Notes: generated by a model not told the origin, from the sequence alone. A stretch of 32,000 bases of DNA from Cupriavidus necator (GCF_016127575.1 NZ_CP066019.1:1770001-1802000), one strand, 5' to 3'. Positions 7,537 to 16,662 are shown, counted from the stretch's first letter. A program made the numbers and translations.

Positions 7537-8504
7537 GCCCGGTCGAAGTCTCGGTCGTCATTCCGGTCTACAACGAAGAAGACGGGCTGCAAGCCCTGTT
7601 CGACCGCCTCTATCCGGCGCTGGATGGCCTTGGCGAGTCGTACGAGATCATCTTCATCAACGACGGCAGCGTCGACCGCTCGGCGCAGCTGCTGGCGGCG
7701 CAGTTCCACAAGCGCCCGGATGTGACCCGGGTGGTGCTGTTCGCCGGCAATTTCGGCCAGCATATGGCGATCCTGGCGGGCTTCGAGCAGACCCGCGGCA
7801 AGATCGTGATCACGCTGGACGCCGACCTGCAGAACCCGCCGGAAGAAATCCCGCGCCTGGTCGAAGCCATGCGCGCCGGCCACGACTACGTCGGCACCAT
7901 CCGCCGCCAGCGCAACGACACCGCGTTCCGCCGCTATGCCTCGCGCGCGATGAACCGGCTGCGCGAGCGCATCACCAAGATCCGCATGACGGACCAGGGC
8001 TGCATGCTGCGCGCCTATGACCGCAATGTGGTCGACACGATCAATGCCTGCCGCGAGGTCAATACCTTCATCCCCGCGCTGGCCTACACCTTTGCTTCCA
8101 ATCCGGTCGAAATCGAAGTCGGTCACGAACAGCGCCACGCAGGCGAATCCAAGTATTCGCTGTACCAGCTGATCCGCCTGAACTTCGACTTGGTGACCGG
8201 CTTTTCGATCGTGCCGCTGCAGTGGTTCTCGGCGATCGGCACGATCCTGTCGCTGCTCTCGGGCGTGCTGTTCGTGGTGCTGCTGGTGCGGCGCTTCGTG
8301 CTCGGCTCGGAAGTCCAGGGTGTGTTCACGCTGTTCGCAATGAACTTCTTCCTGATCGGCATCCTGCTGTTCGGCGTGGGCCTGCTGGGCGAGTACGTCG
8401 GCCGCATCCACCAGGAAGTGCGCGACCGCCCGCGCTACCGCATCAAGGCCGTGCTGGAAGCGGACCGGCGTGTCACGCCGGCTGCCGCTGGCGCGGAGCA
8501 ATGA
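7533..8504 (+). CDS. arnC: undecaprenyl-phosphate 4-deoxy-4-formamido-L-arabinose transferase (GT2)
   Basis: GT2 motifs VSVVIPVYNEE, INDGSVD and LDADLQNPPEEI, with two C-terminal TM helices. The ATG at 7533 overlaps the arnB stop (ATGA). An alternative in-frame ATG at 7515 would add 6 aa. Confidence 0.9.
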   Translation: MSPVEVSVVIPVYNEEDGLQALFDRLYPALDGLGESYEIIFINDGSVDRSAQLLAAQFHKRPDVTRVVLFAGNFGQHMAILAGFEQTRGKIVITLDADLQNPPEEIPRLVEAMRAGHDYVGTIRRQRNDTAFRRYASRAMNRLRERITKIRMTDQGCMLRAYDRNVVDTINACREVNTFIPALAYTFASNPVEIEVGHEQRHAGESKYSLYQLIRLNFDLVTGFSIVPLQWFSAIGTILSLLSGVLFVVLLVRRFVLGSEVQGVFTLFAMNFFLIGILLFGVGLLGEYVGRIHQEVRDRPRYRIKAVLEADRRVTPAAAGAEQ

Positions 8505-9445
8505 TGCGCGCCGTCGTCTTCGGCTACCACAATGTCGGCGACCGCTGCCTGCGCGTGCTGCATGCGCGCGGCGTGGAGGTTGCGCTGGTGATCACGCACC
8601 GCGACCGCCCCGACGAGAACATCTGGTTCCGCCGCGTGGCCGACACCGCCGCCGAGCTGGGCATCCCCTTCGTCTATGGCGAGGACCCTGCCGATCCCGC
8701 GATCGCCCAGGCCGTGCGCGACGCGCACCCGGACGTCATCTTCTCGTTCTACTACCGCGCCATGATCCCGGCGGGCGTGCTGGCGCTGGCCCCCGGCGGC
8801 GCCTTCAACATGCACGGCTCGCTGCTGCCCAAGTACCGCGGCCGCGTGCCGGTGAACTGGGCGGTACTGCACGGCGAGACCGAGACCGGCGCCACGCTGC
8901 ACGCCATGGAAGCCAAGCCTGACGCGGGCTATATCGTCGACCAGACCGCGGTGCCGATCCTGCCGGACGACACTGCGGGCGAAGTCTTCGAGAAAGTCAC
9001 CGTCGCCGCCGAACAGACGTTGTGGCGCGTCCTGCCCGCGATGATCGCCGGGCACACGCCGCAACACCCCAACCGGCTGGCCGAGGGCAGCTACTTCTCC
9101 GGGCGCAAGCCGGAAGACGGCCGCATCGACTGGAGCCGCCCGGCCGCCGAGGTCTACAACCTCGTGCGCGCCGTCGCGCCGCCCTATCCCGGCGCCTTTA
9201 CCGACCTTGCCGGGCACCGCTTCATTGTGGCGCAGGCGCGCCGGCCGCTGCCGGAGCTTGCGCTGGCGCTGCCCGCCGGCACGGCGCCCGGCCTGCATGT
9301 GCATGACGGCCAGATCATCGGCCTGTGCGGCGACGGCGGCCTGGTCATGGTCACCCGATTGCTGGCACAGGATGGCTCGGCTCTCACGCCGCAAGCCTTC
9401 GCCAAACTTATCCATACCGAATCATCCAACGAGGAAAGCCGATGA
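8501..9445 (+). CDS. arnA: UDP-L-Ara4N formyltransferase (stand-alone ArnA N-terminal domain)
   Basis: 314 aa starting MMRAVVFGYHNVG. Formyltransferase motifs are HGSLLPKYRGRVPVNWAV (catalytic His) and ATLHAMEAKPDAGYIVDQ. The start overlaps the arnC stop (ATGA at 8501-8504). The track ORF from 8222 is an out-of-context extension inside arnC. Confidence 0.9.
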   Translation: MMRAVVFGYHNVGDRCLRVLHARGVEVALVITHRDRPDENIWFRRVADTAAELGIPFVYGEDPADPAIAQAVRDAHPDVIFSFYYRAMIPAGVLALAPGGAFNMHGSLLPKYRGRVPVNWAVLHGETETGATLHAMEAKPDAGYIVDQTAVPILPDDTAGEVFEKVTVAAEQTLWRVLPAMIAGHTPQHPNRLAEGSYFSGRKPEDGRIDWSRPAAEVYNLVRAVAPPYPGAFTDLAGHRFIVAQARRPLPELALALPAGTAPGLHVHDGQIIGLCGDGGLVMVTRLLAQDGSALTPQAFAKLIHTESSNEESR

Positions 9446-10494
9446 AAAAGGTCCTGATTCTTGGCGTCAACGGCTTCATCGGCCATCACCTGACGCGCCG
9501 CATCCTGGAAACCACGCCGTGGGAGGTCTACGGCATGGACATGTCGTCGGACCGTCTCGGCGACCTCGTCGACCACCCGCGCATGCACTTCTTCGAGGGT
9601 GACATCACCATCAACAAGGAGTGGATCGAGTACAACATCCGCAAGTGCGATGTGGTGCTGCCGCTGGTGGCCATCGCCACCCCGGCCACCTACGTGCGCC
9701 AGCCGCTGCGCGTGTTCGAGCTGGACTTCGAGGCCAACCTGCCGATCGTGCGCGCCGCGGTCAAGTACGGCAAGCACCTGGTATTCCCGTCGACCTCCGA
9801 GGTCTACGGCATGTGCAGCGATGAAGAGTTCGACCCCGAGGCCTCGCCGCTGGTCTACGGCCCGATCAACAAGCCGCGCTGGATCTATGCCTGCTCCAAG
9901 CAGCTGATGGACCGCGTGATCCACGCCTACGGCATGGAGCAAGGCCTGAACTACACCCTGTTCCGTCCGTTCAACTGGATTGGCGCGGGGCTGGATTCGA
10001 TCTTCGAATCGAAGGAAGGCTCGTCGCGCGTGGTGACGCAGTTCCTCGGCCATATCGTGCGCGGCGAGCCGATCAAGCTGGTCGACGGCGGCGCCCAGCA
10101 GCGCGCCTTTGCCGATATCGCCGACGGCATCGACGCGCTGATGCGCATCATCGAGAATCCAAACGGCGTGGCCAGCGGCAAGATCTACAACATCGGCAAC
10201 CCGGGCAATATCCACTCGGTGCGCGAACTGGCCGAGATGATGCTGAAGATGGCGGCGGACTATCCGGAATACGCGGAGGAAGCGCGCAAGACGCAGATCA
10301 TCGAGACCTCCTCGGGCGACTTCTACGGCAAGGGCTACCAGGACGTGCAGCATCGCGTGCCCAGGATCGACAACACCATCGAAGAGCTGGGCTGGAAGCC
10401 CGGGATCAGCATGGAAGCGGCGCTGCGCCGCATCTTCGAGGCGTACCGCGGCAAGGTGGTCGAGGCCCGCACGCTGGTCGATTCGGCCAACTGA
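9442..10494 (+). CDS. arnA: UDP-glucuronic acid oxidative decarboxylase, NAD-dependent SDR (stand-alone ArnA C-terminal domain)
   Basis: 350 aa starting MKKVLILGVNGFIGHHL (Rossmann GxxGxxG). The SDR YxxxK is in YACSKQLMDR. ATG at 9442 overlaps the formyltransferase stop (ATGA). Confidence 0.9.
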   Translation: MKKVLILGVNGFIGHHLTRRILETTPWEVYGMDMSSDRLGDLVDHPRMHFFEGDITINKEWIEYNIRKCDVVLPLVAIATPATYVRQPLRVFELDFEANLPIVRAAVKYGKHLVFPSTSEVYGMCSDEEFDPEASPLVYGPINKPRWIYACSKQLMDRVIHAYGMEQGLNYTLFRPFNWIGAGLDSIFESKEGSSRVVTQFLGHIVRGEPIKLVDGGAQQRAFADIADGIDALMRIIENPNGVASGKIYNIGNPGNIHSVRELAEMMLKMAADYPEYAEEARKTQIIETSSGDFYGKGYQDVQHRVPRIDNTIEELGWKPGISMEAALRRIFEAYRGKVVEARTLVDSAN

Positions 10495-10507
10495 GCGCGC
10501 AACGCAA

Positions 10508-11404
10508 ATGGCACGCATTGCCCTGAAGGTCGACGTCGACACGCTGCGCGGCACGCGCGAAGGCGTGCCGAAGCTGCTGTCGATGCTGGCGGCTGCGCAA
10601 GCGCAGGCAACCTTCCTGTTCAGCCTCGGCCCCGACCATACCGGCTGGGCGCTGCGGCGCGTATTCCGGCCCGGCTTCCTGAAGAAGGTGTCGCGCACCT
10701 CGGTGGTGTCCAACTATGGCCTGCGCACGCTGATGTATGGCGTGCTGCTGCCGGGGCCGGACATCGGCCGCAAGGGCGCCGCCGAGATGCGCGCGGCGCG
10801 CGCTGCCGGCCATGAGTGTGGCATCCACACCTGGGACCACGTCTACTGGCAGGACAACGTGCGCGAGCGCGATGCTGCCTGGACGCGCCGGCAGATGCAG
10901 CAGGCGTTCGCGCGCTACACCGAGATCTTCGGCGAAGCGCCGGCCACGCACGGCGCAGCCGGCTGGCAGATGAACGAGGATGCGTTCCGCCAGATCGATG
11001 ACTGGGGCATGGCGTACGCGTCGGATGGACGCGGCACCGCGCCTTATGTTCCGACGATCGACGGCGTGCCCTGCCGGCACGTGCAGATGCCGACCACGCT
11101 GCCCACGCTGGATGAACTGATCGGCACCGACGACCTGACCGAAGACAACGTCCACACCGCGCTGCTGAAGCTGACCGAAGGCACGCGCGACCATGTCTTC
11201 ACGCTGCATACCGAGCTGGAAGGCGGCAAGCTGGCGCCGGTGTTCGAGCGGCTGCTGGCCGGATGGCGTGCGCAGGGGCACGAGCTGGTGTCGATGGCGA
11301 CGTGGTATCGCGGGCTGAATCGGCAGGGATTGCCGGAGTTGCCGGTAACGTGGGGGGAGATCCCGGGGCGCAGCGGGGAGTTGATCGTGCAGCCGCAGGG
11401 CTGA
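10508..11404 (+). CDS. arnD: 4-deoxy-4-formamido-L-arabinose-phosphoundecaprenol deformylase (polysaccharide deacetylase family)
   Basis: 298 aa starting MARIALKVDVDTLRGTREGVP. NodB-type His motifs (HECGIHTWDH). It is the last gene of the arn set. Confidence 0.88.
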   Translation: MARIALKVDVDTLRGTREGVPKLLSMLAAAQAQATFLFSLGPDHTGWALRRVFRPGFLKKVSRTSVVSNYGLRTLMYGVLLPGPDIGRKGAAEMRAARAAGHECGIHTWDHVYWQDNVRERDAAWTRRQMQQAFARYTEIFGEAPATHGAAGWQMNEDAFRQIDDWGMAYASDGRGTAPYVPTIDGVPCRHVQMPTTLPTLDELIGTDDLTEDNVHTALLKLTEGTRDHVFTLHTELEGGKLAPVFERLLAGWRAQGHELVSMATWYRGLNRQGLPELPVTWGEIPGRSGELIVQPQG

Positions 11405-11433
11405 CCGCGTGACTTCTCGTTTGCCGGCAAGCG

Positions 11434-13809
11434 CTAGCCGCGCCGCTCCGCCCCCACGCGCAGCCCGTTGAACACCACCAGCAGGCTCGCGCCCATATCG
11501 GCGAACACCGCCATCCACATCGTCCCCATCCCCAGCACCGTCAGCACCAGGAACACGGCCTTGATGCCGAGCGCCAGCGCGATGTTCTGCGTGAGGATGC
11601 CTGAGGTGCGGCGCGACAGGCGCACAAAGGCCGGGATCTTGCGCAGGTCATCGTCCATCAGCGCCACGTCGGCGGTCTCGATTGCGGTGTCGGTGCCGGC
11701 TGCGCCCATGGCGAAGCCGATATCGGCACGCGCCAGCGCCGGCGCGTCGTTGATGCCGTCGCCCACCATGCCGATGCGGCCGCCGCGCGCGTGGGCGGCG
11801 CCGGCAAGCGCCGCGATGCCGTCGGCCTTGTCCTGCGGCAACTGGTTGCCGCGCGCCTCATCGATGCCGACCTGCGCCGCAATGGCTTGCGCCGTGTGTG
11901 GATTGTCGCCCGACAGCATCAGCGTCCTGACGCCCAGTTCATGCAGTTCGGCAATCGCCTGCCGGCTGGTGTCGCGCACGGTATCCGCCACCGCGAACAG
12001 CGCCAGCGCCGTGGCGGCGCCGTGGCCGTCGACGCGCGCCAGCAGCACCACGGTCTTGCCCTCGCGCTCAAGCGCTTCGAGCCGCGCCTCCAGCGCCGGC
12101 GAGCAGGCGCCCATCTCATGCACCAGGCGATGGTTGCCCAGGCAGTACGCCACGCCCTGCACCTTGCCGCGCGTGCCGCGCCCCGCCAGCGCCTCGAAGT
12201 CGTCCACCGGCAGCGTGCCGATCCCGTCGGCCGCGGCCGCCGTGGCCACCGCGCGCGAAACCGGGTGGTCCGAGCGCGCCGCCAGGCTGGCGGCAATGGC
12301 GCGCGCCTGCGGCGCGTCCTCGGCCAGCAGCGCATGGTTGGTCTGCGCGGGCTTGCCGTGCGTGATCGTGCCGGTCTTGTCCAGCGCCACCCAGGCCAGG
12401 TGCCGGCCCTGCTCCAGGTACACCCCGCCCTTGACCAGGATGCCGCGGCGCGCGGCCGCGGCCAGCCCGCTGACGATGGTCACCGGCGTGGAGATTACCA
12501 GCGCGCAGGGGCAGGCGATCACCAGCAGCACCAGCGCCTTGTAGATCCAGTCGACCCAGGCGCCGCCCATGACCAGCGGCGGCACCACCGCAACCGCCAG
12601 CGCAAGCGCGAACACCGTGGGCGTGTAGATGCGCGCGAACTGGTCGACAAAGCGCTGCGTGGGCGCACGGCTGCCCTGCGCGGCCTCGACCGCGTGGATG
12701 ATGCGGGCCAGCGTGGAATCGCTGGCGGGCGCCGTCACGGTGTACTCCAGCTCGCCGGACTGGTTGATCGAGCCGGCGAACAGCGCATCGCCCTCGGTCT
12801 TGTCGACCGGCACGCTTTCGCCGGTGATGGGCGCCTGGTCCAGCGCCGACTGGCCGCGCACGACCTTGCCGTCGAGCGCGACGCGCTCGCCTGGCCGCAG
12901 CCGCACCAGCGCGCCCACGGCGACGCCGGCGGCAGGCACGGTCTCCCAGCTGCCATCGGCACGCTGCACCGTGGCCTGTTCCGGCGCCATCGCCATCAAG
13001 CCGCGGATCGCATTGCGCGCCCGGTCCAGCGAGGCTGCCTCGATGCGCTCGGCCAGCGCGAACAGCACCATCACCATGGCCGCTTCCGGCCACTGGCGCA
13101 ACAGCAGTGCGCCGGTGACGGCAATGCTCATCAGCGCATTGATGTTCAGGTTGCCATTGCGCAGCGCGATCCAGCCCTTGCGGTAGGTGGTCAGCCCGCC
13201 CAGCGCCACCGCCGCCAGCGCCAGCACGGCGGGCAGCCACGGCAAGCCCAGGCCCAGCCACTCCGCAGCTTCGGCACCCAAGGCGGCCACGCCGGCCAGC
13301 GCCAGCGGCCACCAGGGCTTGCTTGCCGTGGTTTGCGGCAAGACTTGCTGCGCGGCCTCGGTGCTCAGCGGCACCGGCTGCATGCCCAGGCTCTCGATCG
13401 CCCTGGCCACCGGCTCCGCCGACGGCAAGGTGTGATGCACCGTCAGCACCCGCTGGATCAGGTTGAACTCCAGCGCCGCCACGCCGGCCATGCCGCCCAG
13501 CTTGTTGCGGATCAGCGTTTCCTCGGTCGGGCAGTCCATCGCGTCGATGCGCCACGCAGCGGTCTGCGCGCCGGCGGGGATGTCGACCGGTGCGGCGGGC
13601 GTCAGCGCAACCGTGGACGAGCAGCCGCCGCCGCAGCAGGCGGAAGCCGCCGGTGCCTGCCGGGCCTCGGCATGGCCATGCCCATGATGGTCATGATCGT
13701 GGTCGTGGTGATGGTCGTGATCATGCCCGCCATGCCGGTGGGCGGCGCCATCATGCGCGTGGGCAGCGTGATCTTGAGGGAGTGCGTCCTCAGGTGACGT
13801 GCGAGCCAT
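11434..13809 (-). CDS. cadA: heavy-metal translocating P1B-type ATPase (Cd2+/Zn2+/Pb2+ exporter, CadA/ZntA type)
   Basis: 791 aa. Features are a His-rich N-terminus, a CCGGGC cluster, an HMA-like domain (DAMDCPTEE), the transmembrane CPC motif (IACPCALVISTP), the DKTGT phosphorylation site, the GDGINDAP hinge and an HP motif (SDHP). The gene symbol is a family-level guess. Confidence 0.95.
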   Translation of the reverse strand: MARTSPEDALPQDHAAHAHDGAAHRHGGHDHDHHHDHDHDHHGHGHAEARQAPAASACCGGGCSSTVALTPAAPVDIPAGAQTAAWRIDAMDCPTEETLIRNKLGGMAGVAALEFNLIQRVLTVHHTLPSAEPVARAIESLGMQPVPLSTEAAQQVLPQTTASKPWWPLALAGVAALGAEAAEWLGLGLPWLPAVLALAAVALGGLTTYRKGWIALRNGNLNINALMSIAVTGALLLRQWPEAAMVMVLFALAERIEAASLDRARNAIRGLMAMAPEQATVQRADGSWETVPAAGVAVGALVRLRPGERVALDGKVVRGQSALDQAPITGESVPVDKTEGDALFAGSINQSGELEYTVTAPASDSTLARIIHAVEAAQGSRAPTQRFVDQFARIYTPTVFALALAVAVVPPLVMGGAWVDWIYKALVLLVIACPCALVISTPVTIVSGLAAAARRGILVKGGVYLEQGRHLAWVALDKTGTITHGKPAQTNHALLAEDAPQARAIAASLAARSDHPVSRAVATAAAADGIGTLPVDDFEALAGRGTRGKVQGVAYCLGNHRLVHEMGACSPALEARLEALEREGKTVVLLARVDGHGAATALALFAVADTVRDTSRQAIAELHELGVRTLMLSGDNPHTAQAIAAQVGIDEARGNQLPQDKADGIAALAGAAHARGGRIGMVGDGINDAPALARADIGFAMGAAGTDTAIETADVALMDDDLRKIPAFVRLSRRTSGILTQNIALALGIKAVFLVLTVLGMGTMWMAVFADMGASLLVVFNGLRVGAERRG

Positions 13810-13842
13810 ATCTTGTTGTTCCCGCTGGTTTAGCCTGATGAC

Positions 13843-13873
13843 ATTGAAGACCCTGTAGCGACTACAGAGTCAA
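13843..13873 (-). promoter_or_regulatory. MerR-family (ZntR/CadR/PbrR-type) operator-promoter of the ATPase gene
   Basis: Minus strand reads TTGACT-CTGTAGTCGCTACAGGGTC-TTCAAT. The -35 is rc of 13868-13873, the spacer is exactly 19 bp, and the -10 is rc of 13843-13848. The spacer carries the dyad ACTCTGTAG-TCG-CTACAGGGT (8/9). The element ends about 33 nt upstream of the ATG at 13809. Confidence 0.8.
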
Positions 13874-13904
13874 GCGGCATGGCAGCGACTGCGCACCATG
13901 CCGC
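13874..13904 (-). terminator. stem-loop between the VOC gene stop and the ATPase promoter (possible insulator or terminator)
   Basis: GCGGCATGG (13874-13882) pairs perfectly with CCATGCCGC (13896-13904) around a 13-nt loop. It lies 10 nt after the VOC stop. There is no clear U-tract, so intrinsic termination is uncertain. Confidence 0.4.
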
Positions 13905-13913
13905 AGCGGCACG

Positions 13914-14324
13914 TCAGTGCTCGCAGTTGACCATCCAGGACATGCCGAAGCGGTCCACCAGCATGCCGAAGCCTTCGGCCCAGAAGGTCTTCTGGTACGG
14001 CACCACCACCTGGCCGTCTTCGCTCAGGCCGTCGAAGATGCGCTGGCCCTCGTCCTTGCTGACCGCCCCCACCGACAGGCTGAAGCCGCTGAACGCCGGG
14101 CGCTCCCCGCGCCGGCCGTCGGACGCCATCACCTGGTTCTCGCCGAACTGGATATTGGCGTGCATCACCTTGTCCTTCCAGTCATCGGGAACCTCCATGC
14201 CGGGGCTAGGCGGGGCATCCTTGTAGCGCATCGCGAACGTGACCTGCGCGCCCAGCACCTTGCCGTAGAAGGCCACGGCCTCATCGAAACGGCCGCCAAA
14301 ATCCAGATAGGGTTGCACCTGCAT
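13914..14324 (-). CDS. VOC (glyoxalase/bleomycin-resistance fold) family protein, PhnB/YjdN-like
   Basis: 136 aa: MQVQPYLDFGGRFDEAVAFYGKVLGAQV...FWAEGFGMLVDRFGMSWMVNCEH, the typical PhnB-like signature. Strong RBS AAGGAGA (rc of 14331-14337). Confidence 0.88.
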   Translation of the reverse strand: MQVQPYLDFGGRFDEAVAFYGKVLGAQVTFAMRYKDAPPSPGMEVPDDWKDKVMHANIQFGENQVMASDGRRGERPAFSGFSLSVGAVSKDEGQRIFDGLSEDGQVVVPYQKTFWAEGFGMLVDRFGMSWMVNCEH

Positions 14325-14426
14325 ATCGCTCTCCTTGTGAATGGTCGATCGGGCTGCATGGCATTGGCTGTTCGCCCGCGCGCCATTATGCGCGCGTGCC
14401 GGTCCGGTGCAAGCGCCCAGCCGGAT

Positions 14427-15884
14427 TCAGGAGACCGCGGCGGGGGCCGGCGCGGGCGGCGCGGCAGTGGCCAATGCCTCGGCGGGAAATTGCAGCGAGA
14501 ACATCGTTTCGCCTTCAACGCTGCGCACCGTCACGCTGCCGCCATGCAGCCGCATGATGGTGTCGACGATGGCCAGCCCCAGCCCGGTCGACGCCGCCGA
14601 GTTGCGGCGCGACGGATCGGCCCGGTAGAAGCGCCCGAAGATATGCGGCAAGGTCTCGGGCGGGATCGCCGGCCCGGCATTGGTCACGCGGAGGCAGGCC
14701 GTGCCGCTGACCGGGGCCGGGGCGCGCTCCACGTCGAGCCGCACCGTGCTGCCCGCCGGCGCATGGCGCAGCGCATTGTCGAGCAGGTTGGTGACCGCGC
14801 GGCGCAGCAGCGTCTGGTCGGCCTGCACCATTGCCGTACCGGTCACCGTCAGCGCGACCTCGCGGTCGGCGGCCACGGCATCGAAGTACTCGGCCATCTT
14901 GTCCAGTTCTTCGCGCGCGTCCAGCGTGCGGATGCCCAGCGCCACCTGCGCATGGTCGGCGCGCGCCAGGAACAGCATGTTCTCGATCATGCGCGCCAGG
15001 CGCTCGTACTCTTCCAGGTTGGATTCGAGCAGCGCCTCATACTCGGCCACGCCGCGGCTCTGCGCCAGCGTGACCTGGGTCTGGCCGATCAGGTTGCTGA
15101 TCGGCGTGCGGAAATCATGCGCCAGGTCCGCCGAGAACTCGGACAGCCGCGAGAAACTGTCCTGCAGCCGCGCCAGCATGTCGTTGAGGGCCGCCGCCAG
15201 CTCGCGCAGCTCGGCCGGCGCGCTGCCCACGTCAAGCCGCGTGGCAAGGCGACTGGTGGTGACCGCGGCGGCATCGGCGGCCATGCGCCGCAACGGCCGC
15301 AGCCCGCGCCGCGCCAGCACGAAGCCCAGGCCCGCCGCCACGGCAGCGCCGCACAGCGTGGCCCACAGCACCTGGTGGCGGTAGTCGCGGATCAGCGCCA
15401 CGCGGTAGCCGGCATCGCGCAGCACCACGATCTCCACGGCCTTGTCCGAATCCCCCAGCTGGCCCAACGCCGCAATGCCGCGCGAGGGCACGCCATTCTT
15501 GGGGTACCAGGTCTGCAACATGCTCTTCTCTGGCTGCGTGGTGGCGGGCAGCACGCGCAGCGGCGGCACCGATTCATTGCGCGGATTGAGCGTGACCAGC
15601 GGCTCGCCCTGGCGTGAGCGCACCACCAGGATCAGCCCCTCGTGGCCCATCGCAATATCGGCAAAACGGTGGGTATCGGCGCGTATCTCGGCCTCGCTGC
15701 GCACCTCGCGCAGCAGGTGGCGCACCAGCAGCACCTCGCCGACCAGCTCGCTTTCATCGCGCCCCTCCAGCTGCGCCGACAGCGCCCCGGACAGGTAGGC
15801 CGCCACGCTGGCGAGAATCACCGCCGTGGCCAGCCCGTACGCCAGCGCCAGCCGCGTGGTAAGCGAAGACGGCAGCCGCATCAT
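14427..15884 (-). CDS. heavy-metal sensor histidine kinase (CusS/CzcS/CopS family)
   Basis: 485 aa with two TM helices flanking a ~125-aa periplasmic domain. It has a HAMP domain, the H-box [17 protein letters not shown], an N-box (LLDNALRH) and G-boxes (GLGLAIV). Its start overlaps the response-regulator stop (ATGA at 15881-15884). Confidence 0.9.
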   Translation of the reverse strand: MMRLPSSLTTRLALAYGLATAVILASVAAYLSGALSAQLEGRDESELVGEVLLVRHLLREVRSEAEIRADTHRFADIAMGHEGLILVVRSRQGEPLVTLNPRNESVPPLRVLPATTQPEKSMLQTWYPKNGVPSRGIAALGQLGDSDKAVEIVVLRDAGYRVALIRDYRHQVLWATLCGAAVAAGLGFVLARRGLRPLRRMAADAAAVTTSRLATRLDVGSAPAELRELAAALNDMLARLQDSFSRLSEFSADLAHDFRTPISNLIGQTQVTLAQSRGVAEYEALLESNLEEYERLARMIENMLFLARADHAQVALGIRTLDAREELDKMAEYFDAVAADREVALTVTGTAMVQADQTLLRRAVTNLLDNALRHAPAGSTVRLDVERAPAPVSGTACLRVTNAGPAIPPETLPHIFGRFYRADPSRRNSAASTGLGLAIVDTIMRLHGGSVTVRSVEGETMFSLQFPAEALATAAPPAPAPAAVS

Positions 15885-16570
15885 GCGTCCTGGTCCCGGT
15901 CCTCGCTGTCGTCCAGCACGTAGCCCATGCCGCGCCGCGTGTGGATCAGCTTATGCGGGAAGGGATCGTCGACCTTGGCGCGCAGGCGCCGGATCGAGAC
16001 ATCGACCACATTGGTATTGCTGTCGAAGTTGACGTCCCACACCTGCGAGGCGATCAGCGAGCGCGACAGCACCTCGCCGCGCCGGCGCGCGAGCAGGTAC
16101 AGCAGTGCGAACTCCTTGGAGGTCAGGTCGATCTTCTGGCCGGCGCGCACCACGCGGCGGCGGATGGCGTCGATCTGCAGGTCGGCCACTTCGATGAACT
16201 CGCTCTCGCGCAGCGGGCCGCGCCGCAGGATGGTGCGGATGCGCAGCACCAGCTCGGCAAAGGCAAAGGGCTTGACCATATAGTCGTCGGCGCCGAGCTC
16301 CAGCCCCTTGAGGCGGTCGGACAGCTCGTCGCGCGCGGTCAGGAACAGCACCGGGGTATCGCGCTCGCGGCGCAGCTCGCGCAGCACCTGCCAGCCATCC
16401 AGGCCGGGCAGCATCACGTCCAGCACGATCAGGTCATAGGGATGCTCGCGCGCATGGGCCAGGCCATCCGCGCCGTCGCGCGCCAGGTCCACCACGAAGC
16501 CGGATTCGGTCAGGCCCTTGTGCAGGTAGTCGCCCGCCTTGGGTTCGTCCTCGACAATCAGGATACGCAT
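15881..16570 (-). CDS. heavy-metal response regulator, OmpR/PhoB type (CusR/CopR/CzcR family)
   Basis: 229 aa from the ATG at 16568-16570 ([29 protein letters not shown]...). It aligns closely along its length with E. coli CusR as I recall it, including [16 protein letters not shown] and LTSKEFALL...[27 protein letters not shown]. The 36-aa track extension upstream has no support. Confidence 0.92.
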   Translation of the reverse strand: MRILIVEDEPKAGDYLHKGLTESGFVVDLARDGADGLAHAREHPYDLIVLDVMLPGLDGWQVLRELRRERDTPVLFLTARDELSDRLKGLELGADDYMVKPFAFAELVLRIRTILRRGPLRESEFIEVADLQIDAIRRRVVRAGQKIDLTSKEFALLYLLARRRGEVLSRSLIASQVWDVNFDSNTNVVDVSIRRLRAKVDDPFPHKLIHTRRGMGYVLDDSEDRDQDA

Positions 16571-16646
16571 GATTCGATCACTTTCCGGGCGGCACCAGCG
16601 CCGCCATGGCGTAACGCTAGCCGAGGATGAGCGCCAATGGGCAAAG

Positions 16647-16662
16647 ATTTCACAAATGTCAT
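16647..16662. promoter_or_regulatory. weak CusR-box-like site in the intergenic region between the response regulator and the secreted-protein gene
   Basis: ATTTCACAAATGTCAT shares 11/16 positions with the better site at 17816-17831, including the entire right half AATGTCAT. The left half is degenerate. Confidence 0.3.

Noticed and set aside
11421-11430. The palindrome TTGCCGGCAA in the 29-bp gap between the convergent arnD and ATPase stops, as a bidirectional terminator.
   Set aside because: The stem would be only 4-5 bp with essentially no loop and no flanking T or A runs. That is insufficient for an intrinsic terminator call.
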